Positions 52,131 through 64,000 of a stretch of 64,000 bases of DNA are shown here, one piece after another. The stretch is from Lama guanicoe (Eukaryota). Each line of letters opens with the position of its first letter. The first letter of the stretch is position 1. Position numbers and translations under genes: made by a program. The notes below the pieces were generated by a model. That model did no database searches. It saw only the letters and a list, made by a program, of their open reading frames with translations, and had not been told where the DNA came from. The stretch is from assembly GCA_013239625.1 (NCBI GenBank), contig MU054323.1, positions 11,305,815 through 11,369,814 on the forward strand, given 5' to 3'.

Positions 52131-53454
52131 AAACAGAATTAAGAGTAAACCCAATTTGTCTGCTGCCATTAAAAGCCTTAGGTGATAGGAAAACCTTCAA
52201 GGATTGGTCAGAGTCACCTGGCACCTTTTTACCTGAGGCACCTCATGATTGTTTCAAAAGAAGGTTTGGAGTTCTTTCAGGCCATGGGAAAAAAAATCTG
52301 AGTAACTGACAACTTGTAATAAACTCAGTCTCATTAGTGTGATGATTCCCTTGTAGTGGAAGAGGAAAGTTGGCAAGAAATACTTTGCACTGAGTATTTG
52401 TACAATTCCTACATTATCAGTATGGATCTTCCTTATTCTTTTTGGCAGAATTTCTTTTTCTTAACAGAAGAATGTCTTGTTTTGTAACTTGTGTTTGTTG
52501 AAAAAGTAGCAGCAGGATCCTGTACATTCATTGAGCAATTACTTATTAAGTGTCCACCATCCTAGCTTTCTTCTAGGATGTAATGATCAACAGGATGGAT
52601 ATGACCGCTGTCCTTGTGGAGATAGTAGTTTTTTACCTACACTGTCTTTTCCTAGTTGTAGATTTGCACAGCTTGACTGGTTTCTTTTCTGGCTTTCATT
52701 GGACTGAAAGACTACTTCCTTTGCTAGCGGGCAGAGGTTGACTTGCTGGGCCATGACTTTTTAAGAGTTAGATTTTTAAATCATCTTCAAAGTGTTGTTG
52801 CAGCCCTCAAACACATGATTTAATATAAAATATTGACTTTGTAGTGTTGCTTTAATCAGTATCACTTGCCTATTTACAAAGCATTTCTCCATGAAATATC
52901 ATATATATTAAGTAAAATAAGCATATTGTTTAGTTCACACAAAATCAACCATTACAAGTAGCTATTTCTAAAAAGTCATCTACAAATTGTCTACATGTTA
53001 AGTAATTCCATTTACAGCCTTTATAAAACCAGAGACACTTTGTATCGAACATTATAAATTTTCAAATCATTTATGTAACTTTTTTAAAGGTTTTTATTTC
53101 ATCATCTATAAAATAAGGAAATTGGAGTAGATGATCTTTGGAGATCCATTCCAGATTCAGCAGTGTATGTCTGATACTAAAGCCAAACATTTAGAGGTAA
53201 ATGATTTTCTTTTATAAGTTATAGGTTGCTGCTCTACTTTTCTTTAATATGATAAAATTTATATAGTTTATAGTTTTTGCTTATGAAGCACATGTTTTTG
53301 GCTGAATCTCTCTACCAAAACCTTAAGAGTTTTGAGAACTTTTTGAGATACCACGTTGGTGGAAATCATTGCAAATGTTATGCTTTCCAGAGTCCAATCA
53401 GTATAATTTGTTTGGAGAATCATATAAGCAGAGTGCTTATTGGTAGAGATATTA

Positions 53455-53655
53455 GAGACAGACATTTGGTTTCACTGTTGGCCTTACCACCTTCAAGTCA
53501 TTTGAACCTGGCTAAGCTATTTAACTTCTCTAAACTTCTCTTCATCTGTAAAAAAGGAGTTGTAACACCACCTACCTCATAGAGTTACTGTGATGACTAG
53601 ATGAGATCATGAATACACCCTTTGCAAAGTAAGCAGTAAATGTTTGCTACTATGT
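53455..53655 (+). mobile_element. MIR SINE
   Basis: TTCATCTGTAAAAAAGGAGTTGTAACACCACCTACCTCATAGAGTTACTGTGATGACTAGATGAG. Confidence 0.75.
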
Positions 53656-54030
53656 AAGTTTTAGGGGGTAGGCTAAACTGCATTATCAAAGAAAATTCTA
53701 AACATAGTGGCTTAAACAAGGTAGAACTCACTTCACCCTCAGGTCCAGGTTGGCAGGATAGCTCTGCTCCCTGATGTCATTCAAGGACTCAGATTCTTCC
53801 CACCCAGCCTGGCATAATAACCTCTTCTGTATGAGCCACTGTTCACCACCACTTTTTTGCCCTAGTCAGCAGGAAGTGGAGACGGAAGGAAGTGCAGAGC
53901 CAGCACTTTTCCTTTAGACCAGTGAATTACAAGTTGCACCTAATCTCTCTTGCTCACTCCATTAATGAGAACAGCTAAAAGCTGTAATAGAATCTGGGAA
54001 GTGTAGTCCTTTCTACACAGCCACGTACAC
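53655..54030 (-). mobile_element. MaLR LTR (MLT1J-like)
   Basis: AGTGGCTTAAACAAG, GTCATTCAAGGACTCAGATTCTTCC and CTGGGAAGTGTAGTC motifs. Confidence 0.7.
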
Positions 54031-55300
54031 AATTGAAATCTATTATTCTGGTAGAAATGCTGGATTTTATAGTAGCTGATTCTACTAGTACCAATACTAT
54101 TATAGCAGAATTATGTCATACATCTGTTTATCGTATACTTCATTTACCTGCACTAGCATGGATGAAGGGTGAGTGGAGAGATAAGAAGGAATGTTTGAGA
54201 TGTGAGTGGTCTGGTGCTGAATATGATTCTTGTGTTGAAAACAATATGCAAACCAGTCACTTCATCTGATGGTCAGTTAGAGAAATTGGTCCACCATTCA
54301 GAAAAAACTGGCTAAGCTGGACTTACTGATAGGTGCTGGTCTGTTGTAGGTACTTCCCTATGAAATTTTCAAGGGGGAAGTAGGGAGGGAGGAAGGACGG
54401 ACAGACAGTGGACCAACCAGGCTGCCCAGAAGGTTGTATGTCACTTTTCAGGCACAGTGCTGATACAGTGCTGGATGGCAGGGAAGACATACCTTGTGAT
54501 ATGTTTATCCGGGACAAACAAAACAGTCTGGCGTTTCATTATTTTGACATTTTCTTCAATGAAAAGCTGAAGATTATTTTGGGATCCATAGGAAACATGT
54601 ATGAGAAATTGCGCACGCAAGGTTAGAGTTGAGGTTTGGGATTCATAGGCTTAAGATTTTTATTCTATAGTACAACGCACAATTAGTAGTCAACTTGCTC
54701 TTTCTGCTAGTTAAAGAAAGGGCATCCTGTGTTTTAATTTTTTTCAGATTTTGAGTATATATCATAGTTGGAATGCAGAGTGGGGCTGATGTCACCTTGG
54801 ATAGTGACTTCAGACATATCATCTGGGCCAAGACACATAATTCACTGATCCATTTTGGTAGGTGACGGCCCTTTATACTTGTATTTCTTGCTGCGGGTCC
54901 AAGTTTAGAGGACTCCTCTGTGATCGTCTCCATCATGAAGTCTCTTCTGTATTGGAACTTAACTTCCCAGACTTTGGAGAGAGGGTTATAATTATGAGTG
55001 GTGATGGACACTTTTGAAAATTTGATGAAAACCACAGGCATTTTGTAGCTACTTTAGCCCAAATGATCATGTTTTACTCTGTTAATATGTTAATACTCTG
55101 TAATACTTCAGATATTTCAGCCAGCAAGCCACCTAGCTTCTCAATCACAACACCCTCCTATTTAGTAGAAGAGAAGAGCCACTAACCTGACTTGTAAGTT
55201 AGGTATTGCCTTGCTGGTCTTTATAATTTTACTACCTATATGTATTTACCCCCAGAATATCTTAACTAGAAAGTTTTAAATGTGGACACTTAATGTATAT

Positions 55301-57333
55301 TTATATTTTTTTTAGTTTATATATATATTTTTATTGAAGTATAGTCAATTTACAATGTTGTGCCAATTTCTGATGTACAGTATAATGCTTCCATCATACA
55401 TGTACATATATTTGTTTTCATATTCTTTTTTTTACCTTAAGTTACTACAAGATATTGAATATAGTTCCTTGTGCTATATGGTATAAACTTGTTCATCTAT
55501 TATATGTATATATTAGTGTCTGCAAACCTCGAACTCTTAATTTATCCCTTCCCCCGACCCCCATAACCATAAGTTTGTTTTCAATGTCTGTGAGTCTGTT
55601 TCTGTTTTGTAAGTAAGTTTATTTGTCTTTTTTTCTTCTTTTTTTAAAGATTCCACATATAAGTGATATCATATGGTATTTTTCTTTCTCTTTCTGGCTT
55701 ACTTCACTTAGAATGACAATCTCCAGGTCCATCCATGTTACTGCAAATGGCATTTTATTCTTTTTAATGGCTCAGTAGTATTCCATTGTATAAATACACC
55801 ACAGCTTCTTTATCCAGTCATCTGTTGATGGACATTTAGGTTGTTTCCATGTCTTGACTATTGGAAATAGTGCTGCTGTGAACATTGCGGTGCATGTATC
55901 TTTTTGAATTAAGGTTCCCTCTGGCTATATGCCCAGGAGTGGGGTTGCTGGATCATATGGTAAGTCTATTTTTAGTCTTTTGAAGAATCGCCATACTGTT
56001 TTCTGTAACAGCTGCACCAAGCTCTACACCAAGGTATAGGAGGGTTCCAGGTAAAATTGTCTTTGTATGTGGACGACATGATACTATATATAGAAAACCC
56101 TGAAGCCTCCACACAAAAACTACTAGAGCTGATAAAAGAATTCAGCAAGGTAGCAGAATACAAGATTAACATAGAGAAATCAGTGGCATTTCTTTACACT
56201 AACAATGAAATATCAGAAAAGTAAAAAACAATCTCTTTTAAAATTGCATCCAAAAAAATAATTAGGAATCGATCTGACCAAGGAAGTGAAAGACTTATAT
56301 GCAGAAAACTACAAAACATTAAGGAAATTAAAGATGGCTTAAAGAAAAGGAAAGTTATTCTATGCTCTTGGGTTGAAAGAATTAACATAGTTAAAATGGC
56401 CATACTACCCAAAGCAATCTAGAAATTTAATACAATCCCTATCAAATTACCCAGGACATTTTTCACAGAACTAGAACAAATAATCCTAAAATTTATATGG
56501 AATCAAAAAAATACCCAGAATTGCCAAAGCAATACTGAAGAAAAAGAATGACCCTGGAGGAATAACCCTCCCAGACTTCAGATAATACTAGAGACCAACA
56601 GTAATCAAAACAGTACAAAAACAGGCATATGGACCAATGGAACAGAATAGAGAGCCCAGAAACAAACCCACAAACTTTTGGTCAATTAATCTTTGACAAA
56701 GGAGACAAGAACATACAATGGAGTAAAGACAGTCTTTTCAGCAAATGGTGTTGGGAAAACTAGACAGCTGCATGTAAATCAGTGAAGTCAGAACATTCAG
56801 ACCATACACAAAAATAAACTCAGAATGTCTTGAAGACTTAAACTTAAGACAAGACTTTATAAACCTCTTAGAAGAAAACATTCTCTGACATAAATCTTAG
56901 CAATGTTCTCCTAGGGCATTCTACCCAAGCAATAGAAATAAAAGCAAAAATAAATGGGACCTAATTAAACTTATAAGCGTTTTGCACAGCAAAGGAAACC
57001 ATATGCAAAACAAAAAGCCTATGGAATGGGGGAAAATAGATGCAAAAGATGAGACTGACAAGGGCTTAATTTCCAGCTTATATAGACAGTTCATACAACT
57101 TAGTAACCAAAAGGCAAACAACCCAATCCAAAACTGGGCAGACCTAAACAAACATTTCTCCAGTGAAGGCATACATATGGCCAATAGGCACGTGAAAAGA
57201 TGCTCAGTTGTGCTAGAAATGCAAATTAAAACTATGACGAGGTATCACCTCACACCAGTCAGAATGGCCATCATTCAAGAGTCCACTAAATGATAAATGC
57301 TGGAGAGGGTGTGGAGAAAAGGGAACTCTCCTA
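55301..57333 (-). mobile_element. 5'-inverted (twin-primed) L1: antisense 3' part 55301-56048 and inverted ORF2 segment 56049-57333
   Basis: Poly-T and an antisense 3'UTR on the left, then a switch at 56048/56049 to sense RT text (YVDDM). TTAATGTATAT is repeated at 55290-55300 and 57337-57347 (probable TSD). Confidence 0.93.
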
Positions 57334-58336
57334 ATTTTAATGTATATATTCTTATTTCTTTTGTTTCTCTCAGTATTATGCTTGTATGTCATCCATGTTG
57401 CTGTAGATACCCATAGTTCGTTTATTTTTATTGTTGTATCATATTCCATTGTCAGACTATACCACAGTTTATTTGCTACATTTGATCAAAGTTTTCATGA
57501 TACTGCCAAAGGGAACCTTTGATTTTCTTATCTTTTATCTGCCTTGGACCAGTTTTCTCTCCTGTAGTCATATATTAACTAGTAAATTTGTTACCTGTAA
57601 ATTATCAAAAAATTTAAATGGGCATTAAAATCAGTAATCAGGGATTCTTACTATCAGTTATTGTTCTTTCAAGAACTTTTAGTCTGTTATATACTTTTCT
57701 TCAGAATATTTTATATATATTATATGCCTGGCCACCAGAAAAGTTAATTAAGCAAATTCAACAAATATTTGAGCATCTTCTATGTCAAGCACTGTTGTAG
57801 GTACTGGGGCTCCAGCACTTTAGTAAACATCTAGTTATTCTTTGTATATTTTAAAAAATAAACAGATACATGTATTTGTTTAAAAAAAAAAAACAGTCCA
57901 CAAAGGTCTAAAATGAAAATTTTGACTTTCTGTTCCCTCAGCCCTATATTCAGTGTTAAATTTCTCGACTATCCTTTTTATTTAAAAAAGTAATCTTATG
58001 TATCTATGACCTTACAAAATATACAGTGGAATCTTGTATGCCTTTTGCACTTTTTTTTGTTTTAATAATCTATATTGACGATTTCAATGAAAGTTAGCAT
58101 TTTTAAATTAGGAAAGTACCAGAAACTTAAATTAGTAAAACTGACAAGAGAAACAGTGCCTTTATACTTTTCCAGGTTAACTTCTTTTCCTGATTTTTTA
58201 TTATAGAAGCAAGAATAATGGGAAACACTATGTTTTGACTTATTAGAAAGTAGATTTATTTATAGGACATGATAAAATTTACCTATGGGAAATCATAACT
58301 TTAAATTGTTATTTATCTATATTGTTTTTTCCTTAG

Positions 58337-58535
58337 GCATTACTGGAAACCATGTTTGGTGTAAAAGTGATTGTTACAGGTGATGCATTTGTTCCGGGAG
58401 AAAGAAGTGTCATTATCATGAATCATCGGACAAGAACGGACTGGATGTTCCTGTGGAGTTGCCTGATAAGATATAGCTACCTCAAATTAGAGAAAATTTG
58501 CCTCAAAGCCAGTCTCAAAAGTGTTCCTGGATTTG
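58337..58535 (+). CDS. LCLAT1: LCLAT1 second coding exon (199 nt) with acyltransferase motif I, NHRTRTD (HX4D)
   Basis: TTTTTTCCTTAG acceptor ends at 58336. In phase 0 it reads ALLETMFGVKVIVTGDAFVPGERSVIIMNHRTRTDWMFLWSCLIRYSYLKLEKICLKASLKSVPGF(G), continuing the previous exon in frame. TTTG|GTAGGT donor at 58536, phase 1. Confidence 0.97.
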
Positions 58536-58861
58536 GTAGGTTATTCACAAATTATTTTCAGTTGTTCATCTATGTCATAGGTGATGTACTTACTCACTTA
58601 AGTGGACTTTAGTAAGTTATTCTATAGTTCTAAAGTATCACAGCCATTCCCATTTTCTCCTCCCTAGCCTAAAATTAATCAGCAGTACCTTTTTTCCTTA
58701 GGGAGTCATAACAGATTAGATGTTTCAAAAAAATATGTTAACGTTGAAAGAGAATAAGTATTCTCAAGGAAGTAGATATGGTTCCAGAGGGACCAAAAAT
58801 TTGAAGGATATGAATGGATAGTTCAGTAACTGCCCCCTGTCCTCACCTAAGGTTAAATGCC

Positions 58862-58989
58862 TTTTTTTAAATTGAAGTATAGTCAGTTTACAATGTGTAC
58901 AGCATGTTTCAGTCATACATATACATATATTTGTTTTCATGTTCTTTTTCATTATAGGTTACTACAAGATATTGAATATAGTTCCCTGT
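58862..58989 (-). mobile_element. Short L1 3' tail
   Basis: TTTTTTTAAATTGAAGTATAGTCAGTTTACAATG...TACAAGATATTGAATATAGTTCCCTGT, the reverse complement of the 23.7 kb L1 end. Confidence 0.9.
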
Positions 58990-59629
58990 AACTTTTATTG
59001 CAAGTCATGCTTGTGGTAATTTAGACCCAGAAACTCATCTGGGCTGATGAGGTACTTGTATGGAACTGGTTCACATTCATCTAATAAATATTAATTGATT
59101 ACCCATTGGTTCCAGGCATTATAGTAGGTGCTGATGTTTTCTGAACTTACCTAATCCATCCTTTTTTTTTTAAAAGTCTTTTCACTGTACTTGTTGTATA
59201 CTATAATATTAACATTCCTAGAAATGTTGCTTTTCACAGTTAAGAATGCAACACATTCACTGAGTGGTGAATAGGGATACTTCTGCACTGCACGTTAAAT
59301 CTTAATTGCCCTCCACTTCTTAATGTGAAGTAGTGGTAACAGACTAAAAATATATTCAAAACTAGTTATTCGCATATGAGTATGTGAGGCACCCACTATA
59401 CTGACAGCCTCATCCATTTACATCTACACTTCTGTAGTTTCCTGTGTAATATTTCTTATTTGAATTCTTTGCCCTCTAAACCGTGTTTCTGTCAGCGTAC
59501 TGAAAATGTTCAGGATTTGTGAAGGCAAAGTGCATGCATTGTCCTCAGGATAGACTAGTAAGAAGTATGGTGTGTTTGCGTTTTAGTTGCCTTCACGCTT
59601 ATAGTGTTGTCTTTCTTTTTGCCACTTTT

Positions 59630-59875
59630 ACAGTATTGTGGTCTCAGGATAGTCAGATTTCTTAAAATGGCAGCTGGCTTTCCCTGGAGCAGACGTCCCC
59701 ATAGAACCACCAGGAAACCACAAGGCATTTTATAACTTAGCCCCAGAATTCATATAGCACCACAACCAGAGGACATTATTGGTGAAAGAAGTCACCGTTC
59801 TCAAAAATTCTAGGGGAGGGAGCATAGACTTCACCTTTGGTGGGAGAAATGTCACAGGTTTTGTCAATATTTTAA
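59630..59875 (-). mobile_element. MaLR LTR fragment (MLT1-like)
   Basis: ATGGCAGCTGGCTTTCCCTGGAGC...TTTTATAACTTAGCCCCAGAATTCA...AGGGGAGGGAGCATAGACTTCACCTTTGGTGGGAG. Confidence 0.7.
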
Positions 59876-59879
59876 AAAG

Positions 59880-61218
59880 ACTGATCAAGAATGATAATCG
59901 TAGTTATTATTCCTGATTCTACATAAAAGTTAGTAAAAGAATATTAAGAACATTATGTGAATGAGCTTGAAAATATATATGAAATTAAACAAATATATAT
60001 GAAATCAACAAATTACATTCAGAAAAATACAACTGATAAAACCTGACAACAGTGGAAGCAAAGAAGAAAATTAAAACCTTGTGTCTAATAAAGGGATTTA
60101 ATCCATATTTAAAAGCCTTCTTACAAAGGTTTTTGGAGGACAGTGGCAACTCCCTGGGTTTCCTTATTCTTAAAAAAAAAAATCATCCAGTCAATAATCA
60201 GAAGAAATAAAACCACATATCACTCATCTCTTCAGCATGACTAGGAGACAAAGAAAGCAATTAGAAGGTTATAGTATTAAGCAGAGAAATAAGGTCCAAA
60301 AGAGTTCCTTCTGTCTTCCCACCATTGCAGACCTGTGGGTTCCCAGAGAGAAGAGAGGCTTAAGAGTAGAGGGCCATGGACAGATGAGAAGAAGCACAAA
60401 CAGAAGCATCCCCAGAAAGATTAAAGCCTATTGCTAAATGCCAAAATGCTGAACACAGGTCAGTACATAGTATTTCACAGCACAATGTATAGGGAATTGA
60501 TTAGAAAGACAATGGGACCTGAAGTGGCAGCATCAGAGAAGCATTGCTTCTGAGGGAGAATGAGATACACAGAAAAGGGATAGCTCCCTTAGAAGTGTGA
60601 CAGTGAAGGAAAACAAGGAAATTCAAAAGCCTGCAGGAATAAAAAGGGAAGCAAGAAAAAACAATTTTTGCTCACTCCCACCTTCCCCCACAACCCCGAA
60701 TTAATCCATTAAAACCCAGTAACCATAAAAGGATTTTAGACCCATAAAAGAAACTTAAGTAGTGGACTGAACTGAAAAAAACAAAAGCTTACACTGTACA
60801 ACACTCTAAACTGAATGAACTATCATCAAATAAGCATAAAGACACTTTTGAGTGAGAAATACAAAGAACAGTGATGGACAAGAAAACAAGAAGAAATGTA
60901 ATAGGAGTCAGTTGAATTCAAGCCAAAAAGACAAAAAAGAAAAAATTACATGAGAAATGAGTAAATTTTGAGATGCCCAAGAGGAAGTAGAGTAAAGTGA
61001 AAATTTAATAAAGAGCATTATAGGAAAACAGAACAGAAAGGAAGAAGAAGAAAAATTGTCAGAGAAATAGTAGTTGAAATGGAAGATAATCAAAGGAGGT
61101 CTAACATCTATATAATTTGAACCTTTAATGAAGCCAGTCAAAACAAAGTAACTTAAAATATTGCAAGGGTAATATTTAAAACAATAATCAAGAAAACATG
61201 TTGGCCATAAAAAGTGAC
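59880..61218 (+). mobile_element. Ancient L1/HAL1-like remnants (ORF2 piece, then a 5'UTR/ORF1-like piece)
   Basis: A-rich decayed text; GGAAGATAATCAAAGGAGGTCTAACATCTATATAATT resembles the ORF1 RRSNI motif. Confidence 0.55.
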
Positions 61219-61219
61219 C

Positions 61220-64000
61220 TGAGAGGCACATCCAGCTTGACAGTAGGAGGAGCTCTGTAAATCTACTCCCCAGTGAAACTAGTGAAAATTCTGAAATAAT
61301 AGTCATCTAGTGTCTAGAAATGGTCCTGCAGACATACAGCAAATGAAGAAACATATATTCAGGAAAAATTTGCCAAGATTCGTTAAGAACAGTGAGAATC
61401 TGCACTATTTGAAGCAATGCACACTCCTTTCCTCTCCCTTCCCAGCAGTTCAGCCAGACAAAAACTGTTCTGGACAGGTACAGCCAGGAACACAGGGCAA
61501 TTGGAGGAATCTGACAACTCTGAGCTTCTCCCTCAGGAGTGAAGGTTTTGAAAACCCCACATCTAGCACCCCAACTTTTAACACCTGCACCTGAGACATG
61601 AGCCTTCCAAACATCAAGCTTGGAAAGCCAATGGGGTTTGTGCCCATGAGACCCACAGGCTATACAGTAAACTGAGAAGTAGTTTTTAAAGGGCTCTTGT
61701 GCACTCACCTGGCTGTACTCCAGGACCCAGTGCAAAAGCAGCTGACTGAAAAGTACCTGTTTTTCTGTGAAAGAGGCCTATTTGCTTATCTTCCTGGCTG
61801 TGGCCTGAGGGGCAGGCTTCTAATTAAACATACACCTAAGGGACTGTAATCCTCTTCAGAGACCTTGGAGGATAGGGTGGGCATGTCTTTTCACTTACTC
61901 TCTGGTTCACCCCTGGTCACCAGTGTCTCTGAGAAAGGAGCTTGTATACTTGTCTGGCACTCTGGCTTTTGTAGCTGTCACCCAGAGAACATATCCCTTG
62001 ATGATTGGCTCTTGTAGCCAGTGGACTTGTGTTCATAGGTTCAGTGGGACAGTAGCAAACAAAGAAACAATTCTTAACCAACCGTCACTGTAGGACTCAG
62101 TGTGGAGGGAGCGGACAGAAAAGCCCATGTCCAAGTCTTCCCTTAAAAGAGGTATATTTGCATTCTTTAAAAGCTGCTGCCCGAGGTTCTGACTTCCAGT
62201 AAGCCTGAATCAAGGTGCTGAGATCTTCCCCAACAGCACACTCTCAACTACGGAGAGCCCCTAAGAATAAAGTAGGCTGCTTAGACAATCCTAGAAGTTT
62301 AAGAGATAACTAAGGGTTGAATGATAAGGTTCATCTCCTGCAGGAAGGCACTCCTTCAAGACTGGGAGAGGCGGGTGTTTTATCTAATGCATAAAAAAAA
62401 CCAACACAGAGTCAAGGAAAATGAAGAAATAAATGTATATTCCAAATGAAAGAACAAAGTAAAACCTTGGGGAAAGACCTTAATGAAACAGAGATGAGTG
62501 ATCTACCTGATAAAAGAGTTCAAAATAACAGTCTTAAAGATGCTCACTGAACTCAGGAGAACGATGCATGAGCATAGCGAGAAGTTTAACAAAGAGATAG
62601 AAAATACAGGAATGTACCACACAGAAGTCACAGAGCCGAAGAATACAATAACTGAACTGAAAAATATAATAAAAGGGTGTAACAGATTTGATGAAGTAGT
62701 AGAAAGGATCAGTGAACTCAAAGACAGGGTGGTGGAACGTATCCCACCAGAGCAGCAAGCAGAGAAAATGAAAAAGAGTGAAGATAATGTAAGAGAATTA
62801 TGGGACAACATCAAGTGGTCTACCATTTATATTATAGGGGTCCCAGAAGGAGAAGAGAAAAAGAAAGGGGCAGAAAATACATTTGAAGAAACAGTGGCTA
62901 AAAACTGCCTCAGCCTGCAAAGGAAACAGATACCCAGATTCAGGAAGCCCAGAGAGTTCCAAGTAAGATGAACTTAAAGAGACTCACACCAAGACACATA
63001 ATTACAGTCTCAAAACTTAAAGATATGGAAAGAATTTTAAAGGCAGCAAAAGAAAAACAACTTGTTACATACAAGGGAACCCCCGTAAGACTATCAGCAT
63101 ATTTTTCAGCAGAAACTTTGCAGACCAGAAGGGAGTATTATGCTACATTTCAAATGCTGAAAGAAAAAAAACCTGCTAATCAAGAAAACTGTACCTGGCA
63201 GAGTTGCCCTTCAGAATTGAAGGAAGAGAGTTTTCTGGACAAGCAAAAGCTCAAGGAGTTCATCACTTCTAGTCTGGCCTTACAAAGAAATGTTAAATGG
63301 ACTTCTTTAAGCTGAAATGAAAAGGTGCTAATTAATACCCAGAAACATATGAAAGTATAAATCCTTGGTAAAGGTAAATGTATAGTAAAATTCAGAATAG
63401 TCTAATGTTGTAAAGGTTCTGGGTTAATCACTGCTAAATCTAGAATGAAGTTTAAAAGACCAAAGTATTAAAAATAAGTATAATTTTAAAGGGATGCAGA
63501 AGCTAAAAATATATAAATTGTGACCTCAAAAACATAAACCATGGGAGAGCAGTAAAAATGTACAGCTTTAGAATGTGTTCCAATGTAAGTTATCAACTTA
63601 AAATAGACTGTTACAAATATACTTTGTTACTTGTTACAAACCAAAAAACTGTGGTGGATGCACAAATGATAGAGAAATAGGAATCTAACCACACTACTAC
63701 AGATATCATCAAATCACAAAGGAAGTGAGCAAGAGAAGAAAAAAGGAACAAAAGAATTACAAAAGAGCCACAAAACAATTAACCAAACGGCAGTATGTAC
63801 ATAGCTATCAAAATTACTTTAAATGTAAAATGGATCAAATTCTTCAATCAAAAGACATAGAGTGGCTGATGGATTAAAAAAAAAGATCTATATGGTACCT
63901 ACAAAAGACTTCCTTCCTATGTAAGGACGCACACAGACTGAAAGTAAGGAGAGGGAAAAAGATATTCTATGCAAATGGAAACCAAAAGAAAGCTGAGTTA
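61220..64000 (+). mobile_element. L1 with about 1.2 kb of 5'UTR, decayed ORF1 (about 62421-63315), spacer and ORF2 start (about 63787); continues past the window
   Basis: ORF1 remnants (RISELKDR, LWDNIKWSTIYIIGVPEGEEK, ERILKAAKEKQLVTYKGTPVRLSAYFSAETLQ) and endonuclease start text (ATTACTTTAAATGTAAAATGGA, CAATCAAAAGACATAGAGTGGCTGA). Confidence 0.93.

Larger units (their letters stand above)
51757..58336 (+). other. LCLAT1: LCLAT1 intron between the two coding exons (6580 nt, GT-AG)
   Basis: Starts GTAAGT and ends TTAG; joining the flanking exons gives an open frame (TLPV|ALLE). Confidence 0.95.

Noticed and set aside
54643..55041. 132-aa minus-strand ORF
   Set aside because: No recognisable domain or exon structure; consistent with a chance ORF.
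58536..58612. C-terminal part of the 86-aa ORF (RLFTNYFQ...)
   Set aside because: Read-through into the intron past the GTAGGT donor; the same applies to 51757-51834.
59970..60012. 20-bp tandem duplication (similar small ones near 34590 and 35603)
   Set aside because: Ordinary slippage duplications with no sign of function.

Overview
Mammalian genomic DNA, AT-rich and CpG-poor. It is most likely camelid: it carries Vic-1-like tRNA-derived SINEs, and I recognised no Alu, B1, BovB/Bov-tA or PRE-1 elements. The window lies inside LCLAT1 (ALCAT1/AGPAT8, lysocardiolipin acyltransferase 1) on the + strand. It covers about 51.6 kb of the large upstream intron, the start-codon exon (51588-51756, ATG 51592), a 6.6 kb intron, the exon with the acyltransferase HX4D motif (58337-58535) and the start of the next intron. 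No promoter or CpG island is seen, so exon 1 should lie upstream of the window. The rest is mostly interspersed repeats: a near-full-length decayed L1 (about 18.2-23.8 kb), a 5'-inverted (twin-primed) L1 in the intron between the two coding exons, another L1 running off the right edge, solo LTRs, L2, MIR, hAT-Charlie MITEs and two SINEs. The most interesting observation is a disabled counterpart, at 5240-5348, of the alternative exon that gives human LCLAT1 its 38-aa N-terminal extension; its splice donor is still in place. I found no convincing evidence of a new multi-gene system. Repeat family names and orthologue sequences are recalled from memory, not from a search, and most repeat boundaries are approximate.
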